DNA of 63,673 bases, the filler included, from Nemertoderma westbladi (lineage: Eukaryota > Animalia > Xenacoelomorpha), in the NCBI GenBank assembly GCA_032718475.1. It is 4 parts of 4 records of this genome, joined end to end, with 100 filler letters (N's around TTAATTAATTAA, not from the genome) between each part and the next. Parts side by side here need not be neighbours in the genome. Positions count along the whole stretch, not along the records: positions 1 to 21,315 come from JAUCBJ010007189.1; 3 more parts are not named here. One strand, 5' to 3'. Position 1 is the stretch's first letter, and every line of letters starts with the position of its first letter. This document shows positions 1 to 11,647 of the stretch, one piece after another. The notes beneath the pieces are model-generated. The model worked only from the letters and a program-made list of their open reading frames with translations. It had not been told where the DNA came from and made no database searches. A program made the translations under genes and the position numbers.

Positions 1-299
1 CAATTTATCCAAAATATTGTCCGGAATTCTGTAATTCTGGGTGTCCATTAAATTTGTCTGTCTTCCTATTTGACTGTTCCAAAGTCGCCCGGACGTCCGG
101 ATGCCCGGACGTCTGGGTACTAGGATGTCCGGACATCCCAAAATCCAGCAAAAATGTCCGAATTTCCGGTAATTTGTCCAAAATATTGTCCGGAATTCTG
201 CAAATCCGGGTTACCTTTAAATTTGTCTGTCTGCCTATTTGACTGTTCCAAAGTTGCCCGGACGACCGGACGTCCGGGCACTAGGATGCCCGACATCCA
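1..299. repeat. Tandem repeat, ~169-bp unit, ~1.8 copies visible (continues off the window)
   Basis: ccaaaatattgtccggaattctg...aatttgtctgtc...tgactgttccaaagt...ccggacg occurs at ~9 and again at ~178; rich in ccgga/tccgg. Confidence 0.85.
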
Positions 300-301
300 A
301 T

Positions 302-645
302 TGTAACAAGTTCCACCATGCCGTGATCTATGGTTATCCCCACTTTTATAGTTGCTGGCATATCACCCTTTTCCTTCTCCAGCTTCTCTCCTGTAATGGT
401 GTCCCCCTATAAATCTTTGTTGTGGTTGCATCGGATGTGGGTGGTAGTGGTGCTTAGTGTAATTTCTACTTGGATATCTATCGGGGTAGCCATTCATTGT
501 ATTGCTTCTGAAAGTTATTTGATGGTCTGGATGTGACTTATAGCTATTGCCAATAACATCTGAGTATGTGAATCTTGATCCAGAGTTATTCCAAAACTCT
601 TCTGGATTATGTTTATCATTTTCATGACCGACGGGAAGTTTCCCT
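302..645 (-). pseudogene. Degenerate coding fragment, possibly retroelement ORF1/gag-like
   Basis: Minus frame reads GKLPVGHENDKHNPEEFW...RREAGEGKG*YASNYKSGDNHRSRHGGTCYN with one stop; ends like the start of a zinc knuckle. Confidence 0.25.
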
Positions 646-660
646 CACAGTTTCACACTT

Positions 661-1440
661 CAGTATCACTAGAGGGAGCCCAACGGCTCCTCAGGTCATT
701 AGAAAATGCTGCTTCTAGTGTTGGTCTTTTTATTAACTCCAGAAAGACCAAAATTTTGACAGTTAACTTTGAAAGTCCTCAGCAAGTCTCTGATCGGATG
801 ATCATAAGCTCAAAGGATGGTATGCTTGAGCATGAGGACGACTTCTGTTTCCTGGGATCATGGATCCGGAAGTTAGGTGAGGACCTTCGAATACGTAAGG
901 GAAAGGCATGGGCAGCCTTGAATAGGCTTTCCAGGATTTGGAAGTCACCGAGAATTAATCGGAAACTTAAGGTCCGATTGTTTAGAGCAGCAGTAGCTCC
1001 AGTACTCCTCTATGGGAGTCCATGCTGGGCTCTAACTGCTGAGGACACCAAATCTCTGGATGGCACATTCACAAGAATGCTACACCGGGTTCATTGTGTC
1101 AAGTACAATGCACACATCTCCAACCAGACACTATATAACATTGGAGGTGTCTCATTGGTTCCCCCAAGCTTGACACTAGAACAAAATCACCTCCGCATTG
1201 CAGGACATTGCTTTCGCCGTGAGGACCAGCCAGTGCATAGTCTTGTACTTTGGCAGCCTCATGGAGTGAATAAGCATGGTGGACAGCCCATGACTTTCTT
1301 GAGACACATCTTAAAGGACACTGGCCTTGAAGATGCGGATGATCTAGCAAATGTCATGGGTGATAGGGAGTTGTGGCGGCACAATTTTGTCGACAAGCTG
1401 GCACGCATTCTTAAAAATGCAGCTGCAATACAGCATGCCC
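661..1440 (+). mobile_element. RTE-clade LINE, 3' part of ORF2 (RT thumb and C-terminal region), 5'-truncated
   Basis: SLEGAQRLL..VGLFINSRKTK, FCFLGSWI, RKGKAWAA, VLLYGSPCW, RIAGHCFR, LVLWQP motifs typical of RTE ORF2. Confidence 0.9.
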
Positions 1441-1444
1441 ATCC

Positions 1445-4060
1445 TAGTAGTAAGTTTTCCTCTGATCTCTTATCCTCTCATTCTTCATCCCAGTATACTC
1501 TATACCCCTCTCTCGGTGTGTAATATACATCATCGGGCTGTGTTCCTCCAGGGCGACGGCAATCTCCCTAAGTACAACCCCACTGGTTCTCTTCTTCCAC
1601 TTCAACTATCGACGGTTTGCTGTCCATTCTATCTCGGCACCTCTGGTTGCCCATAGCAACATTTCCTCGCTTGACTCTATCGTCCTCCTCCCGTCCTTTA
1701 CTCCCAGCGTTATATCTATATTCATGAGATCTCGTATCTACCTCCCAGATGAACTCTTACCATTCTCTAACCATTCTCCTTCCATCTTCTGAGTGGGCTG
1801 GACGTTCTCTCGTTTGGCCGCTTGCGCCGCCAACGCTTCTCCCACTACCCGGTTGTACAGCCTCGTAGATATTCGCTGCCCTTCTACTCTCATCTGTCGT
1901 CAGGAGCTCCGGTTCACTTGAATCACCGCACGCATTTCCCACCGACATCTTTGGGGCATCTGTTGCCTGTTCTTCCTGGGTTCATTTGCCTGCGTTTCCC
2001 CCCGCGTTTCCACGCAGCCTTGTAGGCCTCCACTAGGCGAATTATAACGTTTAACGTTCTAACATTTATATAAATTATACCGTCATTACTTTCACCACGA
2101 TTATTTATTATATTATTATTTAAATTATTTTGTTCACCGTTATTGTTGATATTAATATTCTCACTAAACGTATTGTCATTACCCCCCCCCCCCCCCCCCC
2201 TCGTCCAGTCACACCAGTTCTGTGCTTGTCGTCCAGTACCTGTAAGTGGAGTATTAACAAAAGTTTCCATCACCCATGGTTCCTGATAAATACTTCCCGA
2301 ACCAGCTTCGCTCTCTGATTAACCCAGTTTTGCCAGTTCTAACCGGCGTTTCTGTTTCGCCTGATACTGCATTACCCCCCTCAACTGGGTGTGCATATCA
2401 CCCCGCATTCTCTTACCAGCCATCTCCATCTCCCTTTCATCCCTATGGCATTTCACCATACCATTCATATGCCATCTCCCTAATACTCTGGTCGGCTAAC
2501 TCTGCCTCCCTCGCCTCTACCCCTTTGCGCTCATTCATCTCTCTCTCAATCCTCTCTGTCTTCCTCGCCTCTCACTCTTTGCGCCCATTCACCTCTCTCT
2601 CAACCCTCTCTGCCTCCCTCGCGTCTTGCTCTTTGCGCTCGTTCACTTCTCTCGCCTCCCATTCTCTATACTCGTCTGCTTCCCTCGCAGCCCTCTCTCC
2701 ATAGTCTCTTGCCACCTTCTCGGCCCTCTCTTTACACTCTCATGCTAGCTCCCACTCCCTCTCTAACAGCGCAGTACCCTCATCCAGCTGTTCATCTAAC
2801 TCATTTTGGTCCAACGAGACCATGTCTAGCTGACACGCCAGATCTATCTCTAACACCCTTCTCGCTTTCGCGGAAAGTGTAGCGGACTTTTCAGTCACGA
2901 CGGACTCCCACCATCTACTGGTTTTATTAATTTTATTGTGCCTGCTAGCGGTTTTACTAACGGATGACACCAAAACCTCTGGGTTAACCTCGGGTTCGGC
3001 ATCGTTCAGACCCACCCATCCCACTAACTTAATCCCCCGCGCATCCACCAGATAAGGCCCTATGTACACTACACCATATGGCATTACCCCAGATCGCCAC
3101 AATTCTAACAGTTCTGTGGCGACCCCTCTCGCCCTCTCATTCGCCAATTCCCCTGCCCAAATCAGACTAGGTAGTGAAAATTTCTATTACACTCTCCGAG
3201 TCTGCGGCTCAACTTGGGCTCATCTACCTTTCCTCCTGTCTTGGCGTCTTTGAGGATCCTTCTCGTCGCGTTATATCCCCGTTGTAGGCGATCGCTCGTC
3301 CCGACGTCTTACTCCTGAACTCCTTGGCCTCCTCTCCTCGCCTGGCATGGTACTGCCGGCCCCACTGTTGTTGTTCCGGTGGTCCGCTTGCTGCCTGTAA
3401 CCGCTGGTTGGCTGGCAACACCGGTACTCCTCTCGCCGCTCCCGGTCCCGTGTCGACTCGCATCCCGCTTACCCGTCCGCCCTCCTCCTCGACAACCGAA
3501 CCATCTCTCCTCGGCGAATCTGGTAAGGCATGCCAGTACCACCTCGTCACCGCCTCCCGAATTTTCACATCTCTATCGCTCGGGGTGGGCGGCAGACTTC
3601 CTCCCTTCTCCGAACCCTGGGGCATTGTTGGTTCGCTCATCTCGTTGGTGTTGACACCTGATACCAGACTCTGATTGTGAAATAGAGAATAGGGTGTTAG
3701 TTTGCTATCGTACCACTAGCTGATCTGGTATGTAATTTTATTCTAGAAACTTTGTTGCCGTGGTGGTATGCAGCAAATACCTAGCAATACGTGGCAAGAG
3801 CGCGGTAGGATGTTAGTAACCGCCCTTTAGCCTAAATGGTGTGCCGGTAGCGAATAAGCTGCCTTTGCCTGAGCAACTACGTCAAATTCAGACAGATCAG
3901 TTGACAGCAATGCCTACAGCGCTAACCGGTACTGAATCGCTAGTAGGGTAAAGTCACCAAATTATAGAGTGTGCTGATTGCACCAAGTGCACCTACACGT
4001 ACTAGAAAACAGCACAAACTCGCACCTACCTGTAGGTGATGCAGGTCAGCTGTGGGGATT
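1445..4060 (-). mobile_element. BEL/Pao family copy E: leader and long low-complexity gag N-terminal region, decayed, no LTR visible
   Basis: IREAVTRWY, VVYIGPYLVDARGIKL, TPLTGT.RQ..WCD.T match copy A (24540-27060); 1460-1830 matches copy D 63350-63673; boundaries approximate. Confidence 0.85.
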
Positions 4061-4109
4061 CTGTCTGGACTCAAGATATTTAACTCCTTAATTTTAGTTT
4101 GAAAAATAA

Positions 4110-5600
4110 TAATTCTCTAAAGCAAATGAATTCTAGGGCGACATTAATTTCATCGTAATTAATAAGGCAGTGATTTTTTATGTCCTTTTATTTGACTTTT
4201 TTTGTCATTTTTTTTACGAATTATGCATGACTTTTGTTGTCCTTTTAATGACTTTTATTGTCCTTTTAATGACTTTTTATGTATGTATTTCTTCAAACTG
4301 TCAGACTGCTGATTTCTGGACTGCCAGACAGTTGATTTCACTATGCCTGTGCCAAAACATTCCATGATTCCATGATTTATAGACTATGAGATAGATTTCC
4401 ATATGCGCCTGTGGTAAAAAGACTCTATTTAATAGTTTGTGGTTGTTGTCGATAATCGATTACCACATGACGTAGCAAAACACTCATTTTATAGCCAAAA
4501 ACAATTACCAATTGATGGAAAGGAGCAGGTTAATGCCGAGTTTTCTAACCAAAACAATAAACAGTCACTTTACGAAATCGGGGAAAGGAGCAGGTTTACA
4601 GAGACGGGATTTTCTAACCAAAACAATAAACGATCACTTAACTAATTGAGGGAAAGGAGCAGGTTACAGAGGCGGGATTTTCTAACCAAAACAATAAACG
4701 ATCATTTAACTAATTGAGGGAAAGGGACAGGTTACAGAGGCGGAATTTTCTAACCAAAACAATAAACGATCATTTAACTAATTGAGGGAAAGGGGCAGGT
4801 TACAGAGGCGGGATTTTCTAACCAAAACAATAAACGATCATTTAACTAATTGAGGGAAAGGAGCAGGTTACAGAGACGGGATTTTCTAACCAAAACAATA
4901 AACGATAACATTACCAATTGAGAGAAAGGAGCAGGTTACAGAGGCGGGATTTTCTAACCAAAACAATAAACGATAACAATACCAATTGAGGGAAAGGAAC
5001 AGGTTACAGAGGCGGGATTATCTAACCAAAACAATAAACGATCATTTAACTAATTGAGAGAAAGGGGCAGGTTACAGAGGCGGGCCTTCTGTGCTGTTGG
5101 ATGTAGTGGTGCCGCTATCCGTAACACTACTCAGACAGTAGTCATGATCCATTATTGATTATAAAACTAATACAGAGTAATAGGCCTAAATTATGTGAAA
5201 GGTATATCCACATTTTCCACAATCCTGCAATCCAGTTTGGCCTATCAATTATTTAAAATTTATTAGCCGTAATGTAGGCCTACCATTACCGTATTTAAAT
5301 GGTAGGCTACACAGTAGGCCTATAGCAGTACCGGTGCCGGTACCGGTACTAAAATACAGAAATACCTGCTTTATACCTACATCTGTACATACAATACAGC
5401 AAAATAGTGCTATATACTAATACCGGTACTGATAGTCTGAGAGAACAGCAGTAGAGAAACCGGTAGCATGGAACCTAACATTAGACTTTCGGAGGACATA
5501 AAAAATAAAAAAAAGGACAAAAAAAGGATTTAAACGGACAATAAAAATTATTGCGAATTAATAATGATGAATCTCTATTAAGAGCATTCAGCTCATAGTA
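4110..5600. mobile_element. Putative non-autonomous DNA transposon (diverged long inverted ends) with internal minisatellite
   Basis: 4149-4210 ttcatcgtaattaataaggcagtgattttttatgtcc.. resembles the reverse complement of 5495-5572 (ttcatcattattaattcgcaataatttttattgtcc..). Confidence 0.45.
4490..5084. repeat. 68-bp tandem repeat, ~8-9 copies
   Basis: Unit taaccaaaacaataaacgatcatttaactaattgagggaaaggagcaggttacagaggcgggattttc with starts at 4683, 4751, 4819; a related single unit lies at ~41000-41057. Confidence 0.95.
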
Positions 5601-5669
5601 GTTTGTTATTACAAACTGTACAGTATCCTATAGAGGTTAATTAATCTATCGGGGCTTCTATATAGGCCT

Positions 5670-6775
5670 AATGTACTAACCTCTAGAGTTAAGTCAGGGA
5701 TGTTATGTACGGCTTCTTCTAAAGCATTGACAAATAAAACTTCCTGCTCAATTGCTAATGATTCTGACTCTTCGTTTTCAATATCTATATCCTCGATGGG
5801 AGCACGGGAGAGGGCATCTGGGATCGCATGGTCTTTCCCCTTTTTCCAAATAACATTGAATGTGTATGGCGTCAATTTGGATCGATAATTTAATACCCGG
5901 TTATTATCGATATCAACTAATCCATATTTATTAAAAATGGACACCAAAGGTTGGTGATCTGTAAACACGGTGAAACCAGGGAGTCCTCCCAAATATAAAT
6001 GGCATTTTCTAATCGACCACAAATTTGCCAACGCTTCAAGTTCCAGCATCGCGTATATTGTCTCTGCATCCTTTAAAAAACGGCTTCCACATTGGATGAG
6101 TCTTCACGTTCCTGACGACCCTTTGCTGTAGCTTCGAACTCAGCCAACTTTTCCTGGGCTTCAAGAAGACGTTCTTCCATATCCTCCATATCTTTATCAC
6201 CATCATCGGGTTTTATTCGGGGTGACACACTATACTGTTATCCGATTCCCGAAACCGTTCGAACTTCTTCATCCAGTAGATGATGCGTGTTGATATTGAC
6301 GTGGGAAATAAGCGTTCATCTAATGCCAACGCTTCATATTTCCTAATAGTATCCAGACCCGCGTTACACGCCCTTGTCACAGACGCTTTGTATCCACGCC
6401 GGGAAGCTTCATATGCTTTGAATATCTAACTTCGACGCATTATAATTAGTTTATAATTTATATTTATTGCAACTAATTACACTAAACAGTACAGTTTCTT
6501 AATTGCAAATGTAATATAACAATGTTGATTATTTATGAGAAAGCACAATGCGCCATATTATGTTTACAAAGTATTTATTTGATATTCAAGATACTATATA
6601 ATTATCTCTCCATCCCTGTCCTATATACATACACAAGTGAACACATATAATAGCACTATCAGCTGTACGGCATCCTAATGTAATTGACTACTATTAATAA
6701 TGTAAATAATGTCCCTCCTCCAATACCAATAAATGAAATCATACCAGGTTTTATTTATTTTATACTAGCCGTTGG
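5670..6775 (-). mobile_element. Internally deleted Ty3/Gypsy element: putative 5' LTR, PBS, gag start joined to RNase H
   Basis: PBS-like TGGCGCATTGTG begins at 6555 (minus); gag-like AYEASRRGYKASVTRAC near 6420; junction near 6105 to RLIQCGSRFL..YAMLELEALA..FTDHQPL..DALSRAP. Confidence 0.75.
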
Positions 6776-6780
6776 GTAAA

Positions 6781-6887
6781 TGTGTAATCCCGATATACTG
6801 TACGTGTTTGAAGGCCTTATATATATATCTCTTACCAGTTAGATTTATTACGCCATACTGACTTATGATTATTATACAGATTACACT
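6781..6887 (+). repeat. Gypsy 5' LTR (107 bp)
   Basis: TGTGTAATC...GATTACACT, near-identical to 19209-19317. Confidence 0.95.
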
Positions 6888-6904
6888 TGGCGCCGTGTGT
6901 AGGA
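6888..6904 (+). promoter_or_regulatory. Canonical tRNA primer-binding site (tRNA-Ser-like)
   Basis: TGGCGCCGTGTGTAGGA immediately after the LTR; its complement ends in CCA; the tRNA identity is tentative. Confidence 0.8.
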
Positions 6905-7079
6905 TACGAACCTACTACAGTACTACCTCTGTACCGGTAGGTCTTCCCTACTACGATGTACTATCTGCTGTATCTGACTGCTGCACTGACTGACACGTCA
7001 AGCTGGTAAATAGTACTATTCAATATTATTTATATTAGCCTATATTCTGATATTGGATCCATTTATAACACTCTACCGA

Positions 7080-7718
7080 ATGGCTAACGACCACCGAGAC
7101 CCCCACTCATTTATCCACCGCTGCGTTCCCCCGCCTTTGACATCGACTCCAAACAGTCGATGTGGGACCTGTGGAGAGATGAGTGGGACGCGTTCCTGGT
7201 CACGTCCGGCATGGAAAACCTGCGGACTGCTGACCCCAACAATCCACTGGACCCCACGGTATCAGCAGAACTACTGCGCGTAACGAATCGCCAACAGCGG
7301 GCCGCCCTAACCATGGCATTCTCGCGCAGCACGAACGCTATCGTGAAGGGTCTCGGCTTGTCGGCAGCAGACAACCAAAACGCCGCTACCGTGATCGCCT
7401 CCCTAGATACCCACATTAAAGGAGGAACCAACAAGCGGGTGCCGAGGAGACCCCGTAAGCGTTCCTCGTTAATCTGCGAGAAATCGTAGCCAAGTGCGGC
7501 TTCGAGGCACTCCCTTCCGCTGACGACCACTTCAATGAATGGCTCCTCGATCAGTTCATTGCGGGTTTCAGCGATAAGGAGGTGACAGAGCAACTGCTCT
7601 GCCTCCCCAGTGGCAGCTCTATCACCGCCGCCCTACACCTTGCCCAGTCCGTCTGGACCGCCCGCAAGGATGCCGCAACGATATCTGCCCCTGCTGCACC
7701 AACCCCAGTGACACCCGC
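7080..7718 (+). pseudogene. Gypsy gag, N-terminal part, frameshifted
   Basis: WDLWRDEWDAFLVTSG, LREIVAKCGF, WLLDQFIAG motifs; interrupted by element B. Confidence 0.8.
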
Positions 7719-8295
7719 TGTGACGGGATCAATGGACCCCGATTTATCCGTTGGTTATTCTATTTACGCGTCCCCGCCGTGTGTGTGTAAAAGGGTTCGT
7801 TGGATTAAGAGTTCTTGATTCGCGTATGTATAATATATAACAAGCACAGTCAATAGGATCAAGTATATGATTGAATGATGTACCGGTAAATGAGTAAAGA
7901 TATGGTGGCATTGTGGACGGTAATAGAAGTTGCCGTTCCGCCCTAACTGAACTGACTAACTAAGTAAAATGAAATGGCACAACAATTGGTAATATACTAT
8001 ACTGCCCTAGGTTGGCCATATTACTCAGCGGATGCCTGCCCCCCATTGGCTAATAACTCACTTCTCACCCTCCCATCTCTCTGGGAGTGTTTCCCCTTGT
8101 TGCTATTACTCTCTCCCTCCCGGAGGTGTAACCTCTGACCCCCGCTGTGTGTGTGTGTCCCTTTGGGGTTCGTCGCCCCGTTTATTGGGGTGATACGAGG
8201 TTGATTGGCAATCAACCTCGTACTCCCAATATTGCTTAAAGGCCCTGCTTGGCCAACTTTGTGTGGGATAGTTAGCGGAATTGAATACGCTAACA
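7719..8295 (-). repeat. Element B 3' LTR
   Basis: Direct repeat of 11065-11642, adjacent to the PPT. Confidence 0.95.
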
Positions 8296-9124
8296 CTCCC
8301 CCCCCATGCTATCTTCCCGCTGAGAAGATAGCATCCACCTATAGTGCGCTACAATTCCGCTGGATCCCGATCTACCATCGGGTGTGGGGTGGAATTATTT
8401 TCTCTGGAGCCGGCTTTCCAGGCCGCTCCCTATGGGTATGATATTGCTACCCCGTCTTGGTACAACTCTACCTATCTTGTACCAAGACATCTGGCGTCCC
8501 GTGTCGGGCCGATTGTGCGCTCCTCTCACACGACTTTTGTTTCCCCAACACCTTCACCACTAACTCCCCTCCACTCTCACTCTAACTCCTTCATACTCTC
8601 GGACCTCTTCGTCCCTCACTCTGCCTCCTGCCTCTCCCCCCCCCACGCTTGAATTGCACCCGCACTCTCTTCACACTATTACTCAACCCCCATCTCAGCC
8701 CACTTACTCCCGATGAGTCTCACCCCCCTCCTGTGCCGTCGCACTCAAGAAGTGTGATGTTGTCCAGTGTCTCGTCTGTCATAGTCAATTAGTCCCCGCT
8801 CCCAGTAGCTAATTGAGAAAGGTTGTATGACTATAGTACTTACTTCGTTTATATTTACTTGCTAAACTAATGATCCTTTACGTACGTACATACTAATTGC
8901 ACTTTTCAATTTTTTAAATATTTGAATTCATATTTAGGAGTTCGCACATCTCACGTGGTGCCTTCCAGGCATGCCACATCGAAGTTCTAGTTCATTCCAC
9001 CTGACTTCGGGAACCATCTCAACTCCTTTCCTCTGTTGTCCTACTCCCTTGGTCGTTTCTTGCCACTGCCGCTCCCTTGACTTTATCTCCCTTCAGACCT
9101 CTGACCCTCGCCGTCACCTCTTTG

Positions 9125-10670
9125 CTAATCCCGGTCGTCGACTCCTTGGGCGGTGGGCGCTGGTGTTATGAGCTCCTGGTATCGCTTCGCGGGTGGCCCC
9201 TCCGAGTGGCCCTGCTGTCTCTCCCTAGTGGCGTCCCATAGGATTACTTTCATCGCCCACGGCACGTGCTCCACCAAGAAATCTCTGAACTCCCCTCGGT
9301 TCTGTGGCATCCACCTGTCCAAATACCTTTGCGTATTTATCACCCCGGCATACGACGCGTAGGCATACCTCCTGGTAGGTAAATGGAAGTCTTCGCTTGA
9401 TAATCTCCAGGTGGGCCTCCTGATTAATATTGAAGAAACCCTACTGGAACTCCTGGGCCTTCATACGTTGCCGTGTCATGGCACCGACGTCGGCCCACTC
9501 CTCGAAGATTTTAAACTTCTCTTCGTCTTCCATCCAGTCGCACTGGCGTCCGTAGTGCCCCCGAAAGTTGCACTTCGAACATCGGTTGTGCAATTGTGGA
9601 CACGCCCCCATCCTGTGGCTCGACTCGCGGCAGTAGAGATAACTAGTCCCTTTCTGGAACCGGTACAGAGAGCTCCTTTCCTGGTGTGTTTGCCTCCCAC
9701 AGTAATCACAGCCGAGCACCAATGTCTCCCGCCCCACGCCGTCTTTCGTCCCAAGCGATCTCCGCAGTCTGTGGAGTTGCTGGTAAGCGAAATTTTGGAT
9801 GTTAGCATCCCTGTCCACGTCTATTTCCTCGCCCCTCCCGGGCATCGTCTCCCCGAATACTACCCGTGGTGCCGTCCCCGGTTGCTCGCCCAACCTGATG
9901 GTGCTCCCCGCGAAATCCATCGCCGGTTCCTCATGCACCCAGGCCCGCTTGCCAGGTCTATCCCAGAAGGCTCTCGCTCCACTGGCCGTCACCACCCTCC
10001 CGCCAACCCAGTCCGTGTCCAAGTGGCCTATCCTCCCGATGGGTGGCATCTCTCCGAACTCGTCGTCATCCTCGTCCTCTTCTGGGAGTGGCTCCAACCC
10101 CGGTGTCCCGGTGGATCAACTGTGTCCCTTCCCACCTTGGCTCTCGCCCGTGGCTCTCCATCCTTCTAGCTCTCCTAGCCTCCTTAGCGGGAGATCGCCC
10201 TCGGCGCCCGCTGGTTTGGGCATCGCCCGCGATCCTGATGTCGACTGTTTCGGCGATCCCACCATTCATCCTAATTCTCGCCCTAGAGACTCCCCCGAAC
10301 TCCCTGACGAAGTCCAACGAAGTTCGTCTAAGGCCGCCTGTTCCTCGAAGCCGTAGCTCTGCGCCCTGGCTTCCTCCTCCCTTTCTTCTGCCTCTCTCCT
10401 CTCCTGTCTAGCGATTTCTTCCAATCGCTTCGCTTCTCGTCTATCCGCCTCTAGCTGCTCCCATCTCTGATATGGCGTATCTACATCCCTGTCTACCAGA
10501 TTTCGGCAGTTATAGTACACTGACTCGCCTTTCAGCCCCGGGTGGTCTACCAGACCCTCGAAAGCCGTTTTGAAGGCTTTTCTGTAGCTCAGGGGTGACC
10601 CTGATAGCAGGAATGCCGTTGGTTCCTTCCCAATGACGACGGTCATGAATAGTTTTAGCAAACCTATCAT
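9125..10670 (-). pseudogene. Accessory CCHC zinc-finger ORF (ORF-Z) of element B
   Basis: ORF pieces 10266-10820 and 9441-10097 share one frame broken by TGA stops at 10266 and 10116; CDYCGRQTH..LYCRESSHRMGACPQLHNRCSKCNFRGHYGRQC; continues past a stop and frameshift to 9125. Confidence 0.75.
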
Positions 10671-10679
10671 TATCCTCGT

Positions 10680-10998
10680 CGCCGACGTTTCCTCTATCCC
10701 TCCGGGTCCAGCGTCGTACTGGTGGCCCCACCGTCGCCGTTCTGGTGGGCCGTCCGTCGCCCTCGGCCTGTGGCTGGCCAGCGATATCGGCACGTCGACC
10801 GCCGTCGTGTGTCGACTCATCCCTCTCTTCTCCCGACTCGTCCTCTCGTCGCAGATGGCCCCCTCTCGTTTGGACTACCGGGTCGTCCCTGGTCGACGGG
10901 TCCGGTGTCATAGGTCGGTACCGTCGCGTCGCGGCCTCGCGGATCGTTAGGTCGCCGTCCGGGGTCCGCGGCGGTGTTGTTTCTCCTTCTCGACTCAT
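10680..10998 (-). pseudogene. Short gag N-terminal remnant of element B
   Basis: MSREGETTPP..LTIREAATRRY..AGQPQAEGDGRPT.TATVGPP matches the start of gag in copy A. Confidence 0.85.
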
Positions 10999-11055
10999 CT
11001 TATCTTTATTTCTGGTGGCTGGCAGTCACAGTTTCGGGTTTCAGAGTTCTATGGT

Positions 11056-11064
11056 TTCTATTAC
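11056..11064 (-). promoter_or_regulatory. Non-tRNA PBS of B (GTAATAGAA), complementary to LTR site 11267-11275
   Basis: Abuts the 5' LTR; 9/9 complementarity. Confidence 0.75.
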
Positions 11065-11642
11065 TGTAACGGGATCAATGGACCCCGATTCATCCGTTGG
11101 TTATTCTATTTACGCATCCCCGCCGTGTGTGTGTAAAAGGGTTCGTTGGATTAAGAGTTCTTGATTCGCGTATGTATAATATATAACAAGCACAGTCAAT
11201 AGGATCAAGTATATGATTGAATGATGTACCGGTAAATGAGTAAAGATATGGTGGCGGTAGCGGACGGTAATAGAAGTTGCCGTTCCGCCCTAACTGAACT
11301 GACTAACTAAGTAAAATGAAATGGCACAACAATTGGTAATATACTATACTGCCCTAGGTTGGCCATATTACTCAGCGGATGCCTGCCCCCCATTGGCTAA
11401 TAACTCACTTCTCACCCTCCCATCTCTCTGGGAGTGTTTCCCCTTGTTGCTATTACTCTCTCCCTCCCGGAGGTGTAACCTCTGACCCCCGCTGTGTGTG
11501 TGTGTCCCTTTGGGGTTCGTCGCCCCGTTTATTGGGGTGATACGAGGTTGATTGGCAATCAACCTCATACTCTCAATATTGCTTAAAGGCCCTGCTTGGC
11601 CAACTTTGTGTGGGATAGTTAGCGGAATTGAATATGCTAACA
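11065..11642 (-). repeat. Element B 5' LTR
   Basis: Direct repeat of 7719-8295. Confidence 0.95.
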
Positions 11643-11647
11643 CCCGC

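Larger units (their letters stand above)
7719..11642 (-). mobile_element. Element B: non-autonomous (pol-less) member of the BEL/Pao family
   Basis: LTRs 7719-8295 and 11065-11642 (about 10 differences), TG..CA ends, TSD CCCGC (7714-7718, 11643-11647), PPT at 8296-8306; LTR homologous to copy A. Confidence 0.95.

Noticed and set aside
9411-11164. Plus-strand ORFs overlapping element B, and similar antisense ORFs in A, D and PCNX4
   Set aside because: Shadow frames of coding sequence on the other strand, with no recognisable motifs
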